Positions 37,084 to 50,469 of a stretch of DNA of 64,000 nt are shown piece by piece (positions within the stretch are counted from its first letter, which is position 1; every line of letters starts with the position of its first letter). The stretch spans positions 434,001 through 498,000 of the forward strand of contig NW_026859731.1 of assembly GCF_026571515.1 (NCBI RefSeq). Direction: 5' to 3'. Both the position numbers and the translations under genes were made by a program. The DNA is from Ruditapes philippinarum. Its lineage: Eukaryota. The notes beneath the pieces are model-generated. The model searched no databases. It was not told where the DNA came from and worked only from the letters and a program-made list of their open reading frames with translations.

Positions 37084-38924
37084 ATATCACATTCAATGTA
37101 TATGCCAGTATTTCAACAAACAGTTGATGTATACACACAATGTGTGAAATCATATGCGTCCAATTGACTCATGTATAAGGTCGGATCAATTATAAGACGG
37201 GTCTAATTTTACATTAAATATCACAAAACATGTATTTAGCTTTAACATATTGCCATTCAGGATGTGTTTATTTTGTGCTATGTTTGTGTATTTACAAATT
37301 TTGGGTTAATACTCACTGAATGTCTTGATAGTGATAATTGAATACTTTTCCACTGTGCATTCCTGATATACATGTACATTGCATTATAACGAATGGATGG
37401 GCATTTCTTGTGGACCTTCCTTGTGTTCACAATATTATACAAATTGACTGCTTGGTTATCCAGTTGCTACACTAGGATAATACATAGTCACTGGTTGATT
37501 TTGGTTAACATGAAAGAACAAAATGGTTTTGTTTGTGATACTGTTATTGATAGTTGACTAAGCAACATAGTTTTACTTGGGGACCATATGCTGCTTTTCA
37601 TGGAATGGCACCAAAGTGTCACATTGAAGGTTCCATGATAACCGCCTTTTGAAAACATATGCAGATGTTTCTAAATTCAAAATTTCACCAATACCATGAT
37701 TAAATTTTGAATTTTGCTTAAGCCGGTGCCAGGGGGCATGGACATGAACTTGCACTTTCCATTACCGATGAATAAGCCCAATCAAAGCGAGCCTGCAACA
37801 TTTTCAATTTTGTCTTTTTGTGCGTTCTTTGAGGATTCTTTATTTCTCTTTATTTTAGCAATGAATTGAAAGGGCGCGGCCATATTTTTCAATGATATGC
37901 TAAAAACGGAAAGGTCCATTAGTATGATATTACAATTTTTGTTACCAGGTTAATTTTATAAAAGAAACAATATGTTTGGTATACTTAATTATGTCAATAC
38001 TATATTGTGTAGGATATAAAATGGGTGCTATTTATATTATGGGATCACCCCTGGCACTTGTTAAAACTTTTAAAGTATACATCGAAAAATTTTAAGTGCC
38101 ATGTTTATTAATTTATTATAATCCTTTTTTTCTTCTTCACATTTATGTGTCTCAAATGTTACATAGAATAACTAGTATTTTAGTAATTTATGCTATTTAG
38201 CTATTTAACATTCGTTTTCAAATGGATTTAAAAAGAATTTTATGGCAGAATTTAAAACAGAATATTTCAAGTTTACAAAACAAAATAAAAATTATAATAG
38301 AGTAAACTGTTTTTGTTTTTTTATTATTTATTTTATAACATAACAAAGGGAAGTAAGACATGTAAAACATAACTTTCTGACACTTTTAAATTTATAAACT
38401 CCCCTTATATAATAATGTAGTCTTAAATAAACAAGGCCAAATTGTAGATTAAGCTTCAGAAATTAAGACATTCCTTCTGTGAAAAGGGCAAACATGTTTT
38501 CCATTTTGTATTTTGTAAATGTAAAAATGGATTTAGAAATAATCATCATCTGAAGAAAATAGCACCGAATGAAAATGAATTTTAATACAGCAATATGTAA
38601 ACAAATTGGTATCTGACTTCTAAGTTTAGTACTAAATCACTATTACTGTACACAAAAGAAGCAAGAATTGGCTCAGGTGGCAAATGGGTAACTGGAAACT
38701 GTTACAGGACACTAAAAATAAAGCCATTTTGAAAAATTAAAATAATTGCACTTTTTAGACTTCATGGGCCTTGAAACAACTCTCTGAACAATAAAATTAA
38801 AACAAATTTTGAGGTACCTGTACTAAACTAGCCTTTATTTGTTCTTTACATTATACTCAATTTTTTTTTCAACCTTGAAAATTAATCACAATAAAAACAT
38901 GGTGATATTTTCATTAGGAAAACG

Positions 38925-40204
38925 TTTTTAGCTCGACTATTCGAAGAATATGAGAGCTATTGTAGTCGCCCCGGCGTCGGCGTCAGCGTCGGCGTCTGCG
39001 TTGGTTAAAGTTTTTTGTGAAGTCAAATATCTCAATTATTACTTGAGATATTCAATTGAAACTTACAATACTTATTTATAGTAACAAGCTACATCAGATT
39101 GACAAGTTGGATAACTCTGCCTACAATATTGACAGAATTATGCCCCTTTTTAACTTAGAAATTTTGGTTAAAGTTGTTTGTAAAGTCAAATAATCTCAAT
39201 TATTACTTGAGATATTCAATTGAAACTTACAATACTTATTTATAGTATATAGCTACATCAGATTGACAAGTTGGATAACTCTGCCTACAATATTGACAGA
39301 ATTATGCCCCTTTTTAACTTAGAAATTTTGGTTAAAGTTTCTTGTAAAGTAAAATATCTCAAATTATTGCTTGAGATATTCAATTGAAATTTAAAATACT
39401 TTTTTATAGTAACAATGTACATCAGTTTGCAAAATTTGCATAACTCTGCCTGCAATTATTTGCAGAATTATTTGCCCTTTAGAATTTTTTAGAGATTTGG
39501 TTAAAGGTCTTTTTCAAGATATTTACTTGAAACTTTACACATGCACTAGGGTCATATTGGAGGGTCATAATTGTAGGTCACTGACCAAGTTCCATTAACT
39601 CTATCTTGCATTAAGGCTGATTTCATATCCCCTTTTCTACTTAGTCTCATTGGTTAATGTTTACACGCAAGTTTTACATATCTCAATAACTATTAAAGAT
39701 ATTTATTTAAAACTTCACATATGCATTTAGGGTCATTTAATTGTAGCTCACTGACAAAGATCCATAATTCTATCTTGCATTTAGGCTGATTTTTCTCCCC
39801 TTTTTCAACTTAGAAATTCATGGTAAAGTTTTTTTTTGTAAGCTGTTATCTCAATAACTACTGAAGGGTTTGTGCCTTTTTTGGGACAATTTTATGCATT
39901 CATAATAATAAAGCAGTTATTTACTTGATAAAACATCTTAATAACAAGCCTTTGCACCTTTTCTGTCAAATTTATGTATTCATAGGTAATTAGTATTATT
40001 ATACTCAATAAAACACCCTCGTGACATTACCTTCCAAATAGTCAAGCCAATACTGTATAATTAGACTCTCTCTAAGGCCTATAACATGAATTTATAAAAA
40101 GAAAATAGCCCTTTGTGAACTTAAAAAATTTAACATTATCAAGGCTCTTTTACTATCAAGCACTTAGAATAGTCGAGCGTGCTGTCCTACCGACAGCTCT
40201 TGTT
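38925..40204 (+). mobile_element. Non-autonomous Helentron (HINE) with ~163-bp internal tandem repeats
   Basis: TTTTTA start, subterminal IR GCTCGACTATTC / GAATAGTCGAGC, (GGCGTC)n, units at 39001, 39164, 39328, 3' hairpin GCTGTC-N5-GACAGC then CTTGTT. Confidence 0.88.
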
Positions 40205-41387
40205 TAATGGTTATATTACTTAGCCTGGTTATATTACCTAGCCTATCAGTTTAAATAGTTGCATGTTCATATACCTGTATTTATAGGCTAGCATTATATG
40301 CCAAATAACTGTTTGTGCACAACCATAAGCAAGTCTGTAAAAACTAATTTCAAAGGTATAAAATTGCTTTATTATTTCATTGCTGATTTATAAAAGTGCT
40401 CTATTCCTTCCCTTGATTTGAATAAAAATTATTTTAAAATTTGAATCAATTGTTTATATAAATTATCTAAATGTCAAGAATATAAACCCTCTACCTCATA
40501 TATACGCGAAACAACGCACTTTCGACCCACCCCCCTCTTTTAGGCCTCAAATAGAATAAAATGGCCTGTTTGGGCAGTAAACACATGTTTTCGTTTGAGA
40601 AATGTTGATAAAAAACGTGAGCACTTTTTTTGCCAAAAGGTACATCAGGGGGTTGCCAGAAGGGGGATGTGCCCGCTTCTGTTTTGGAGGTTTGAAGGGG
40701 GCGGTAGTCCCACTCACATGGGGCTAGTGCAGACCAAGATCAGCTGGCACATCAAAGCTGTCTGATCATGGTCTGCACTGTCCTCTATTAAGCCAGTATT
40801 TTCACGATTTTTCCTCTAAATGATAACTGGGATTTAAGATAATCATTTTCAGTCCCAGATAATAAATACTAGTTGACAAATGGTCAAAATTTAATGTTAC
40901 ACCTGGGCATTCGTTATATCTGATGCACTGTTTGCAATTGATTCAGTACTTTTTTTATGAAAGTTTCCCAGTAACAATGATGAATAGTTTTGCCCAGATT
41001 GAAAGATGGACAAGTCTGTATAAGATATTGACATTGTGGTAAAGTAAAATGAAAATTAACATCACAAAAGTACAGTATCATCATGTATTATATGAGGTAT
41101 TAAGTTAGGATGGGTTTCCATCAATGAAACATAGAAACTGTTTATTGTACATACTTTACATAATACTAAAGACTTACTCCATGTTTACTCACAACCTTGT
41201 AAAAAGAATACTTTAAAACATGAGCTATGTACATGTATATGTCTAATAAACAACTGATGATCATAAAACAATTTAACATAGAAATTGCTTGCCTTTTTAC
41301 ATAATACTTAAGACTAACTCACAACCTTGTAAAAACGAGATTTTTAACATGAGGTATTTATGTTTATATGTTCAATAAGAAATAAAA

Positions 41388-41466
41388 TTAGACTGGCTTT
41401 CTTCCTATCAGTATAAACACTGGCCAATGTACACTTATAGAAGCCCCCTTGTATATGGTTCTGTAC
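41388..41466 (-). CDS. SAM-dependent methyltransferase, exon 4 (KYRTIYKGASISVHWPVFILIGRKPV*)
   Basis: Acceptor ctttctttcag|G phase-compatible; typical terminal WPxFxxxGRK strand; TAA at 41390-41388. Confidence 0.85.
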
Positions 41467-41841
41467 CTGAAAGAAAGGACAAAAATAGATAAATATGTTA
41501 TTCAATATGTAGATAAAGCATTTTAGCAGTTTTATTCACAAGGTTGTAATGATATTTTACTGTTGGCTGGATGGTAACGAAATTGTGAGGAAAAAATATT
41601 CAAACTGTCCCTCAAACTTATATACAGTATTTAATGAATGTCATTGTATACAGTATAATTATCAAGCTCAAATTAAAAGAATCAGTTTAAAATAAGTTTC
41701 TACAATTTACACAAGTACAAACTATTATCAGTCAATTGTCTTTAGTGAAAATAATCTAATCTACCAATGAAAAATCAGAACATTTGTTTTATAAATTGAA
41801 ACATACCTCACATGATTGTAACTACATGTACTTTCTTTGAT

Positions 41842-42004
41842 GTGGTCGCATGGCCGATAGGTTAACACGTTGGACTAGTAATTTCTGGATCTCTAGCTGT
41901 GCAGGTTCAAACCCCGTCGGGGGCAAGCTAATTATTCAGAACTGGTTGGTTCCAGGAAAAGATTTGAGAGTGTGACTATAAGCTTATAGATTAATACACA
42001 ATCT
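41842..42004 (+). mobile_element. Degenerate tRNA-derived SINE fragment
   Basis: TGGCCGATAGG A box, GGTTCAAACC B box, followed by CTGGTTGGTTCCAGGAA..GAGAGTG..TATAAGC tail; no convincing intact cloverleaf. Confidence 0.6.
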
Positions 42005-42010
42005 GACTAA

Positions 42011-43153
42011 AACTAGAACTGCCACTGTCATGGCGTGAATACCCCTGCATACCACTTTGTCAGAATCAACAGTGGCCATTTAGAGCTCAAGGACAACGTC
42101 GCTGCCAAATCTGAGGTTACTTAGCCAGTGCTATGTATTCTACATGCTTCAAATGTGAAAATGTCAAAATCAATAAACTGCGGACAAGCATTCTTAAGCA
42201 ATTAAGGGGAAAAGCTTTTTTTAGTCGACCTTTGACCCAGTTACCCTCAAAATCAATAGGGGTCACCTTAGAGTCATGATCAACCTCCAGGCCAAATATG
42301 AAGACTGTGGGTCAAAGGAATATTAAGTTAATGGGTGGACAATCTTTTTGAAGTCAAAGTCCATGTGACCTTCATCTTTGACCCAGTGACCTTAAAATAA
42401 ATAGGGGTCACCTACTAATCATGACTAACCTTCATGCCAAATATGAAGACTGTGGGTCAAAGGAATCTTAAGTTATTGAGCGGACAAGCTTTTTTAGTCA
42501 AAGCCCCTGTAACCTTGACCTCTGACCCAGTGTAATAAAAATAAATAGGGGTCATCTACTTATCATGACTAACCTCCATGCCAAATATAAAGACTGTGGG
42601 TCAAAGGTTTCTTAAGTTGTTGGGCGGACAAACTTTTTAAGTCAAAGTCTCTGTGACCTTGACCTTTGATCCGGTGACCTCAAAATCAATAGGGGTCATC
42701 TACTCATCATGACTAACCTCCATGCAAAATATGAAGACTGTGGGTCCAAGGAATCTTAAGTTATTGGGCGGACAAGCTTTTTGAAGTCAAGGCCCCTGTG
42801 ACCTTGACCTTTGACCTGGTGACCTCAAAATCAATAGGGGTCATCTACTCGTCATGACTAACCTCCATGCCAAATATGAAGACTGTGGGTCAAAGGAATC
42901 TTAAGTTATTGGGCGGACAAGCTTTTTGAAGTCAAGGCCCCTGTGACCTTGACCTTTGACCTGGTGACCTCAAAATCAATAGGGGTCATCTACTTGTCAT
43001 GACTAACCTCCATGCCAAATATGAAGACTGTGGGTCAAAGGAATCTTAAGTTATTGGGCGGACAAGAAAAAACCGACGGCCAGCCGGACAGCCGGACGGA
43101 CAAGCTGATTCCAGTATACCCCCCTTACAACTTTGTTGTGCGGGGGTATAATA
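42011..43153 (-). mobile_element. Non-autonomous Helentron (HINE) with ~6 x 145-bp tandem array, in methyltransferase intron 3
   Basis: AACTAG end, subterminal ATACCCC/GGGGTAT, (GGAC)n-like tract, 145-bp period (42682, 42827, 42972). Confidence 0.85.
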
Positions 43154-43304
43154 AGTTCTGTATAAACTAACCACTGTCTTTTCTACTTTAAGTCAGTTGT
43201 TATATTCAGATTTTAAATGGATTGAAATATATAAACCGTCAGAAAAGTAAATTTGGCATTATAATACAAAAGTTTGGCATAACATAATTATGATTACCAC
43301 TTAC

Positions 43305-43442
43305 TTCTCAGCGAGTTTATGAAGGACGTCAGAAGAAGGGTGTGATTGAAGGTATTTTCTCCAGCTAGAAGCACTGGCTAGAAATCCTATGTAAGCTTCT
43401 AGGGGCATTTCTCTTCTAATACTGATTTCATCATTCTCTATA
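43305..43442 (-). CDS. SAM-dependent methyltransferase, exon 3 (LIENDEISIRREMPLEAYIGFLASASSWRKYLQSHPSSDVLHKLAE)
   Basis: Acceptor tttttcag|T, donor AA|gtaagt; phase 2 at both ends; YIGFLxSxSSW motif. Confidence 0.88.
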
Positions 43443-44285
43443 CTGAAAAAGAAACACACCAAAAAACCAAAACATGTTTGGAAATGGTACATAGTGCCTG
43501 GCTGTTTCTATAGGTTCCGAGTTAATTAATACCCGAGGTTGCATACAGAATAAGTGAGAAACAACCTGAACTACCGCATGAGTATGTTTTTTTTGGTTGG
43601 CTTTTACGTCTCACGAACATAGTATTGGTCATACGGCGACTTTCCAGCTTGACTGATGGAGGAAGACCTCAGGTGACCCTTTATGCATTATTTCAGGCAC
43701 GAACGGGCACCTCAGTAGAATCACCGACGTTCCGTAAGCTAGCTGGATAGCCTTGTCACATGAAAGGATTCGAAGACGTCAGACAGACGTGGTTTTAAGT
43801 CAACGACCTAAACCATTCGACCATAGGACATCGTATTTCCGATAGGCAGCAAACATTCCACAGAGCAAACATCGTCATCCCCATACATCGGTTTCATCAT
43901 AAGAAAATGGCCAGCAATTTGGTCAAATGAGAGTAAACCTAACTTAGGACAAAAAATAAAACACTATATATCAATTAAATTTACGAGCGTTACAGTTAAA
44001 CTCCGCTAATAAGACAATACTATACTGAAATGACCTTGACATCGAGCATGACTTTACGTCAGACTTCGTTTCTTCAAATTTGTTTAAAAAAATTAAAATA
44101 CTTGAAGTGGTCCGATTACAGAGCATTGATCTTACATGTCCAGTGAATAATAATAGATGCTGTAAGTATTGTCTTGAAAAAATTGACTAACCGTACTGTC
44201 ATGAAAACGGTCAACCTACCTATATGACAATGGATCATAGTATAATAAATAATTATGAGACTGTTAGAAAATAAATAAATCTTAC

Positions 44286-44383
44286 AGTTGACAGTTGTCA
44301 AATGGGCGTTCTATAAACTTGTAGTGGTCATAACATAGCTTGCTGCATTCGTGCAAATAAGGATACACATAATCTTTGTAAAA
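44286..44383 (-). CDS. SAM-dependent methyltransferase, exon 2 (FYKDYVYPYLHECSKLCYDHYKFIERPFDNCQ)
   Basis: Acceptor ttttttcag|TTT, donor CT|gtaaga; phases match exons 1 and 3. Confidence 0.85.
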
Positions 44384-45174
44384 CTGAAAAAAAAATAAAC
44401 TTGTAAAAAAATATTCATACATGTACATTAATTTTTCAAACAGAAGTTTCAAAACAGACAAGATACATGCAATGCAACAGTACCCCGAGTATCACCAAGA
44501 CTATAGTTACCGTCGAATGCTTAATTCCAACAATTAAGCCATTATAACGATAAATATCTTAAAATGGGCCTGTCCGTCTTTCATTCTGGACAAAACCATT
44601 CGTCATTTTAGGGTAATTGCATTATATATGTACGCACTGTACAACGCAGACCATGATAAGTCGGCAAATCTCTTATCTCGACAATGGACAGTTTGAAATT
44701 GAAAGAAGATCAAGTCCATTCAAAAATATATGTATCATAGTAAAAAAAATTGAACATGTGGACAATATGACGCCTATGCATCTCCTTCCCTTACCACGTA
44801 CCCGTGCCAATGTTGTGACTCTAGAATATAGCTGTGCAATACCTTTTTTGATGTTACACCATTAAACTTACAGCATAGCGTTCAGCTGCGCTGAATGTTA
44901 GCGTTAGCCTACAGTTCTAATTCAGTCTGATTGCTCTTTCCGGTCATGTTCATTTAAGTAAATGAATCGCTTTATGAATCATTATCTTCTGAGCTTATGT
45001 TCATAAAAGTTGACCAAACAGACATCTAAATTTCTAGTCTTTCCGATAACCGTAAATTAATATTTCAATCAACCGATAATATCTGAATAACTATAATTAT
45101 GCAGAGCCCTTTGCATAGATTTTTTAGCAATTACATTGATTCACTTTTAATACATGTATAGTTAAATATAGTAC

Positions 45175-45660
45175 CTGTTCATTTATTGTTTGGGCCTCTA
45201 AATCATCCAGTCTATTAATACCATAGCCATACACAGCACACACACCACCAGGCTTCAACACTCTTCTCACTTCAGCGTAAAATTTATCCCTGTCCAGCCA
45301 ATGTACAGCCTGGGCACTTGTTATCAAATCTGTAGAACCGTCGGCAAGAAAACTCAAATCTTCTCCTGGTCCTACTTTAAAGGTTACGTTTTCCATGTTA
45401 TCTGGTGCATGGCTTATCTGTGTTTCACTTACATCATACCCAATCACATGTTTAAAGTATTTACAGAGTGGAACAGTGCTTTGTCCGCTTCCACAACCGA
45501 CATCCACCGCTAGATCAAAACTATCCTGTGAATTCCTTTCTAATGTACTTCCTCTATTAAGATATTCAACGATTGTTTTAAAGACTGTTTCTGGGTAGGT
45601 CGGTCTGTACTGCGCATACAGCGATGCTTGCTCTTCGTCTGCGAATTTTCCCATCGACAT
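45175..45660 (-). CDS. Class I SAM-dependent methyltransferase (Methyltransf_11, DDB_G0268948-like), exon 1; 266 aa over four exons
   Basis: YAQYRPTYP, motif I AVDVGCGSGQ, DLITSAQAVHW, EVRRVLKPGG; donor CAG|gtacta. Confidence 0.92.
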
Positions 45661-45860
45661 GATTGCATAAGAATCAGATCCACTTTCGGGCTTCCAAGTA
45701 CTAAACGCTGGATAAACGGCAATGCATTTGTAATTACGACGTAAATGATGTAACATCATGACGTCATGTTCATACCAACGTTAAACGTCATTGCCTTGGC
45801 GACGTCATTAAAGTAAGCGCAATCATAGCTAACGAACGGCAGAAAAATCTCTAAGTTAAA
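45661..45860. promoter_or_regulatory. Compact bidirectional promoter with CRE and X-box-like sites
   Basis: 200 bp between divergent ATGs; palindrome CATGACGTCATG (45757-45768), further ACGTCA half-sites, X-box-like ATTGCCTTGGCGAC (45790-45803). Confidence 0.7.
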
Positions 45861-46127
45861 ATGGCTGAAAAAGAACAGGCGTTGTTAGATATAGTTTCAG
45901 AAACGTTTGTAGTCAATGAAATAAACAACAGTAATGATAAAAATGATGATGACGTCAAACACATTATGACGATGACTGAAAAGGAGAGGCTCCAGAAAAT
46001 TGCACGGATGTTTCTTGCAAAACCAGACAATAAAGGAACTGTACATAAAGATGGACACAACAATCGCACAAATGGCGATGTCAAATTGAATTCATCTGAA
46101 ACTAGATCTAGAGGGGAAAAGAAAAAG
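45861..46127 (+). CDS. Orphan protein, exon 1 (MAEKEQALLD...RSRGEKKK)
   Basis: Strong context AAAATGG; 89 codons; donor AAG|gtaaaa, phase 0. Confidence 0.6.
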
Positions 46128-46741
46128 GTAAAAACTAAAAAAAAAAAGTATTTTTCGTTGTTATTGACTTTTTTCAAAAAAGATAAGAAAAAACATATAA
46201 AATAGAATCTATATATAATCAGAAATGATGTAAATAATATTTGATTTTGCTGTATTTTTTTTTGAAACGATGATTTTTTTAACTGTTATTGGTTGTCTTC
46301 AACTGTATGTTTTCCAACTGTCAAAATACTAAAAGAAAGCAAAGGTATACATTATTATACATTGATCTACATCAATTATAAGGTTGACATTCAAGTGGTA
46401 GACTGTAAACATTAAGAAAAACTGTCGCTATGGAAATTACATTTTTTTTGTAATTTTAACACATACTGTAATCTAAGAAATTCTCACTTTTAAAAAAACA
46501 TGTATGTACACAATAGAAAAAAAAGATCATTCCGATTTTGAGGGAAAATAACTTTGACAATCATCTTTGTTTTTACTATTGAGAGGAAACCGTCTTGAAC
46601 TTCTTAGAAAATATGATGTTTTTTCCATATACACATAATTTAATTGAATTCCGCGATTCTTACAATGAAAGACGCTTTTTATTACTTTCTGGTCCTAAAT
46701 TTTTCTTTGTATAATGGTTTAAAACAGTATCATTTTTTTAG

Positions 46742-47056
46742 ACTGACCAGAATTCAAGCCCTTGTTCGATTATATCAGACGACAAGCAGACGAAAGATAA
46801 GAACATCTCTGCGGGCTGTTTCGGATTTTTGGCATCATTGTTTTCTTTCAAGAAACAAAAGCGACGACGAAGGAAGCAAAAATATACCGTTGACCAGCCA
46901 ATCAAAAAGAAGAACTTGTGTGTAAGATTTAGCGAATTTGTAATGATCATCCCACCAAGTCCCGGCGATGATTTATCCGAGGAAGAGTATTCAGGAAATG
47001 ACAGCAACACTGGCACGACAGAATTCGATGGTGTCAAAATCATTTCTTTTATATGA
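46742..47056 (+). CDS. Orphan protein, exon 2 (TDQNSSPC...KKQKRRRRKQK...VRFSEFVMIIPPSP...KIISFI*); 193 aa total
   Basis: Acceptor tttttttag|ACT, phase 0, open to TGA at 47054-47056; coding-like composition. Confidence 0.6.
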   Translation, partial: TDQNSSPCSIISDDKQTKDKNISAGCFGFLASLFSFKKQKRRRRKQKYTVDQPIKKKNLCVRFSEFVMIIPPSPGDDLSEEEYSGNDSNTGTTEFDGVKIISFI

Positions 47057-47342
47057 ACTCATAAAATGAATAGTGATAACATTGGTTTATCATCTGACAT
47101 TTGTTCTTTTTGTTGTCAAAAAATTAAAAAGGAAAAGAAAAAAAACATGAAGTTAGTTTTAAGAAATTATTATCACCTTATTCTCTACCTCGCCAGTTCA
47201 GAATGCAGAATGAATTATCACCACCATCATCAAAATTATCAAAGCCCATCTGGCCATCATTATAAACTTTTCATTTTACTAAAGGACTTCTAGGTGTTTT
47301 CCCGTAATTTCTTTTCTTTTCTTTTTTTCTTTTCTTTTTTAG

Positions 47343-48824
47343 TTTTTGCGACGGACGCGCCCTCAGGCGCGTTCAGAGCTAAGTCATCTACACATGGGAT
47401 TTCGTTGGCTACACTCGCGCAATGTGTCCTAAACCAATTAACAGCCCAAGAAATAGTACATGAATTTGATCCTTCAAAACTCCCATACTTTGTCTGGATA
47501 TCTTAATGTCTTCCATATTTAGCCTTTTCAATTTCAAATTAAGTTATCCAAGTTAAAATATGAACGTATATTATTGATAAAAACGTTGTAGTCCCGTAGT
47601 ATTATTGCGCACTATGCAAATTACTGCTGAAACGATTTACCGCTGTCGAAAAAGTAGGACAGCAAATTATACTTCAATAAAGGTGTAACCTCTGAGTTCC
47701 AAGACATTATTAGAAGGAAATAAATATTTCTACATTATACAAAACATTATTATTAACAAATCAAAAGTTTTTCGTGACTCTAGGATAACTCGCGCATTAA
47801 TAAAAGAAGAACTATTTTTGTGACTCATACCGCGGGTTTAGCTGAATATTCAGCAGTTATTAATATATTAGATACAGTACAATGGCTAGTATAAATATCT
47901 ATTTTTGAAAATGCATGTAAGACACTTTATCGCCATGTAGTCTTTCATGGTAAGGAAGTTATAATATCAGTTCTACTTCCGATTCTTGTGGTTTGTTTAC
48001 ATATTTTACTAGGTCATGATATGAGTTAACCTTCGCTATTCTAAAAATAGATTCTGCTTCACCTGTTCTGATTTTTGGACAGGCGATTAGGAAGTACACA
48101 TTAAACATGTAATTAATAAACCAGCGGATTGTAATGCAATACTTTTAGAAATGCTATACAATTGTAAGAAGCAAACAAGTTGAAAATGGAATTTAGTGTG
48201 AAGTTGAAAAGGACAACTAAACACTGTAGTGCTTAAGTGACATTTAAATTAAAATAAAAACGATGTGCTCTGGCCTCTACATCTTTACCTTGTAAATAAA
48301 AAAATCTAAGAAATACACTATTAATTGCTGATGATTTTAACCAATTTTTTTTTTAATGAGACATATCCAAGAGAAATAAAAATACAAATGACTTATATTT
48401 TATTGTCTGTATGCCCACTATGATATAACACGAAGCAATTCTAAATAGCATTCTCAAATGTATAATGTATTATGTTTGAAGTTTATTTGCCTGGATTTAT
48501 TCTAGAAATATTTCGTTGATAGTTTTTTTTTTCTATTTACATATCATTTCTTAGAATAAATCGATAAGGACACTGATTTACAAGTTTGACCAGAGTTTTT
48601 AGGCATAAATTTCATTCTGTATTTAAGTGCTTGAAAGTAGAAAATCTGAATTATATCAATTTGGGACACAAAATATATTGCTCTACAAATCTCGAACTTG
48701 TATGGAACAAATTTTCTCTGTTATATATTTTGTGTTTTGTTTTTGTTTTTTTTTCTAAAAGAAGCCTTAATTAATGTCTCTCCGGTTGCATGTCCGTCGC
48801 ATTCAGTGCTGCAGCACTTTGATT
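47343..48824 (+). mobile_element. ~1.48-kb Helentron-type element, copy 1
   Basis: T-run start, subterminal IR TGCGACGGAC (47347) / GTCCGTCGCA (48792), 3' palindrome AGTGCTGCAGCACT; colinear with 52110-53586. Confidence 0.8.
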
Positions 48825-49157
48825 TTGTTTGGTTTTACTTGATTATTATTCGTACACTCGCATCATCGTGGTGAAAGAAATAAATACATGAAACCATTTA
48901 AATCTTGAATTATGAAAGGTGTTGCGTGAGAAATGTCTTTCGGTGTACGTTCGTCCGTCCCGCCATCCGTAGACTCGTTTGTGTCGTGTATTAATGATTC
49001 CACGAGTATTTAACAACAAGAGTCGTGAAACTTCCTATAAATAGTTGTTGTTATGAGTTTAATGTTGGGTAAAGGCACGTTTAATATGCCCCAAAAACGA
49101 ATAAATTTTCCTTCTTTAGAAAGGTCAAATGTGAGATAATGGGATGCTTACATGAAA

Positions 49158-49385
49158 AGGTGCTAGTGGCATTGATTTGACCTAAAATGTGTTTAACCTT
49201 GTTATTTATGCAATAAAATATCCATATATTATTTTTTTTTACTGTTATAATTATCATTATAGTCTATAACAATATAAATCGTAAACAATCATATTTTTTT
49301 ATTATTTTTTAATAGACATGTATATTTTATTGCATAAATAACAAGGTTAAACACATTTTAGGTCAAATCAATGCCACTAGCACCT
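49158..49385. mobile_element. Fold-back element with perfect 64-bp inverted arms
   Basis: 49158-49221 is the exact reverse complement of 49322-49385; AT-rich 100-bp spacer. Confidence 0.85.
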
Positions 49386-49414
49386 CTGCTTACTTGTAGT
49401 ACCACCCGAATTTC

Positions 49415-49772
49415 TGTACATAGAACTACATACACACCCGTGCCGATTTTGCGACTCCGTAAATATGGTATTGCACGGCCGTGCATATATTTTGACGTGA
49501 CGTCATTAGCGTTATACAAACATAGTGATACAAACGTGCTAAATTGTTAGCGTTAAACTATAGGCGCGTCAATGAAAATGACTCTTATTTTCACTTTAAA
49601 TGGTCTTTATTTTGGGTATGTGATAAATAGAACATTAAATTCGTACGTGTATGTTCAGCACTCGTTGAATAAAATAATATTATGCGAGCCTCTGGCGAGC
49701 ATTATATAATTTTATTCAACTCGTGCAATAAATTCAGTATTGAATTTACACTCATTCAATATCCTCTATATA
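49415..49772. mobile_element. Interspersed repeat with nested palindromes (Crypton-like non-autonomous by recall), copy 1
   Basis: Aligns with 58660-59020 (ATGGTATTGCACGGCC..TGATAAATAGAA..ACACTCATT..ATATCCTCTAT). Confidence 0.7.
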
Positions 49773-49965
49773 TGCCACGACAATATGTTTGCAATCAATT
49801 TTAAACATAAATTCACGGTTGATTAAAGAATTATTTTTTTTAATCCATACTTGCAGTAAAATTCAATACGTGTAGCTTTACACTGGATATGATTTGTTTA
49901 CCGCAGGAAATTGACATTCCATAAGCAAATAATTAAAAAATAACGGCAAATATACCCCTCTATAC

Positions 49966-50469
49966 TAAGGGTGTAACGGTTTACCGGTATACCGATATAT
50001 TGCAATATGAAAAAATAAATTTCGAACCGCGGTACGATTTTTGGAAAACCGGTATTTTATAAAAATCATCATTTTCAATTAATTGCCTTCTAATTTTGTA
50101 CAAATTTCACATAAAATCTTTAATTGGCAAATTTTGTTGGCGCCAACGTAAGATAAAAGTATCCGACAACTAGTACACTTAAAAGTCAATAAGCGGCCGC
50201 ATAATTTACATAAGCGGCCCATATGTGAAAGGTCACACGCGACTAGTTTTCTTTATCAAATTGTGTGACACTTTTAACTTTCTATTTATTCCTTACATTT
50301 TTATTAAGTTTCTACTAAAAATATATACATATAATAATAATATATAAATGTCACTCCATCTTTACATCAAAACATATACACGACAATACGTATTGCAATA
50401 TATTGCAATACGCTTCAGCAAAATGGCAATATATTGCAATACGGTTTTTGCTGTATTGTTACACCCCTA
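49966..50469. mobile_element. hAT-type MITE
   Basis: TIR TA(A/G)GGGTGTAAC; 8-bp TSD CTCTATAC at 49958-49965 and 50470-50477. Confidence 0.9.

Noticed and set aside
45661-45759. N-terminal extension of the methyltransferase ORF and read-through past 45175
   Set aside because: The upstream ATGs lie in the CRE palindrome of the promoter; the 3' part is intron after a good donor.
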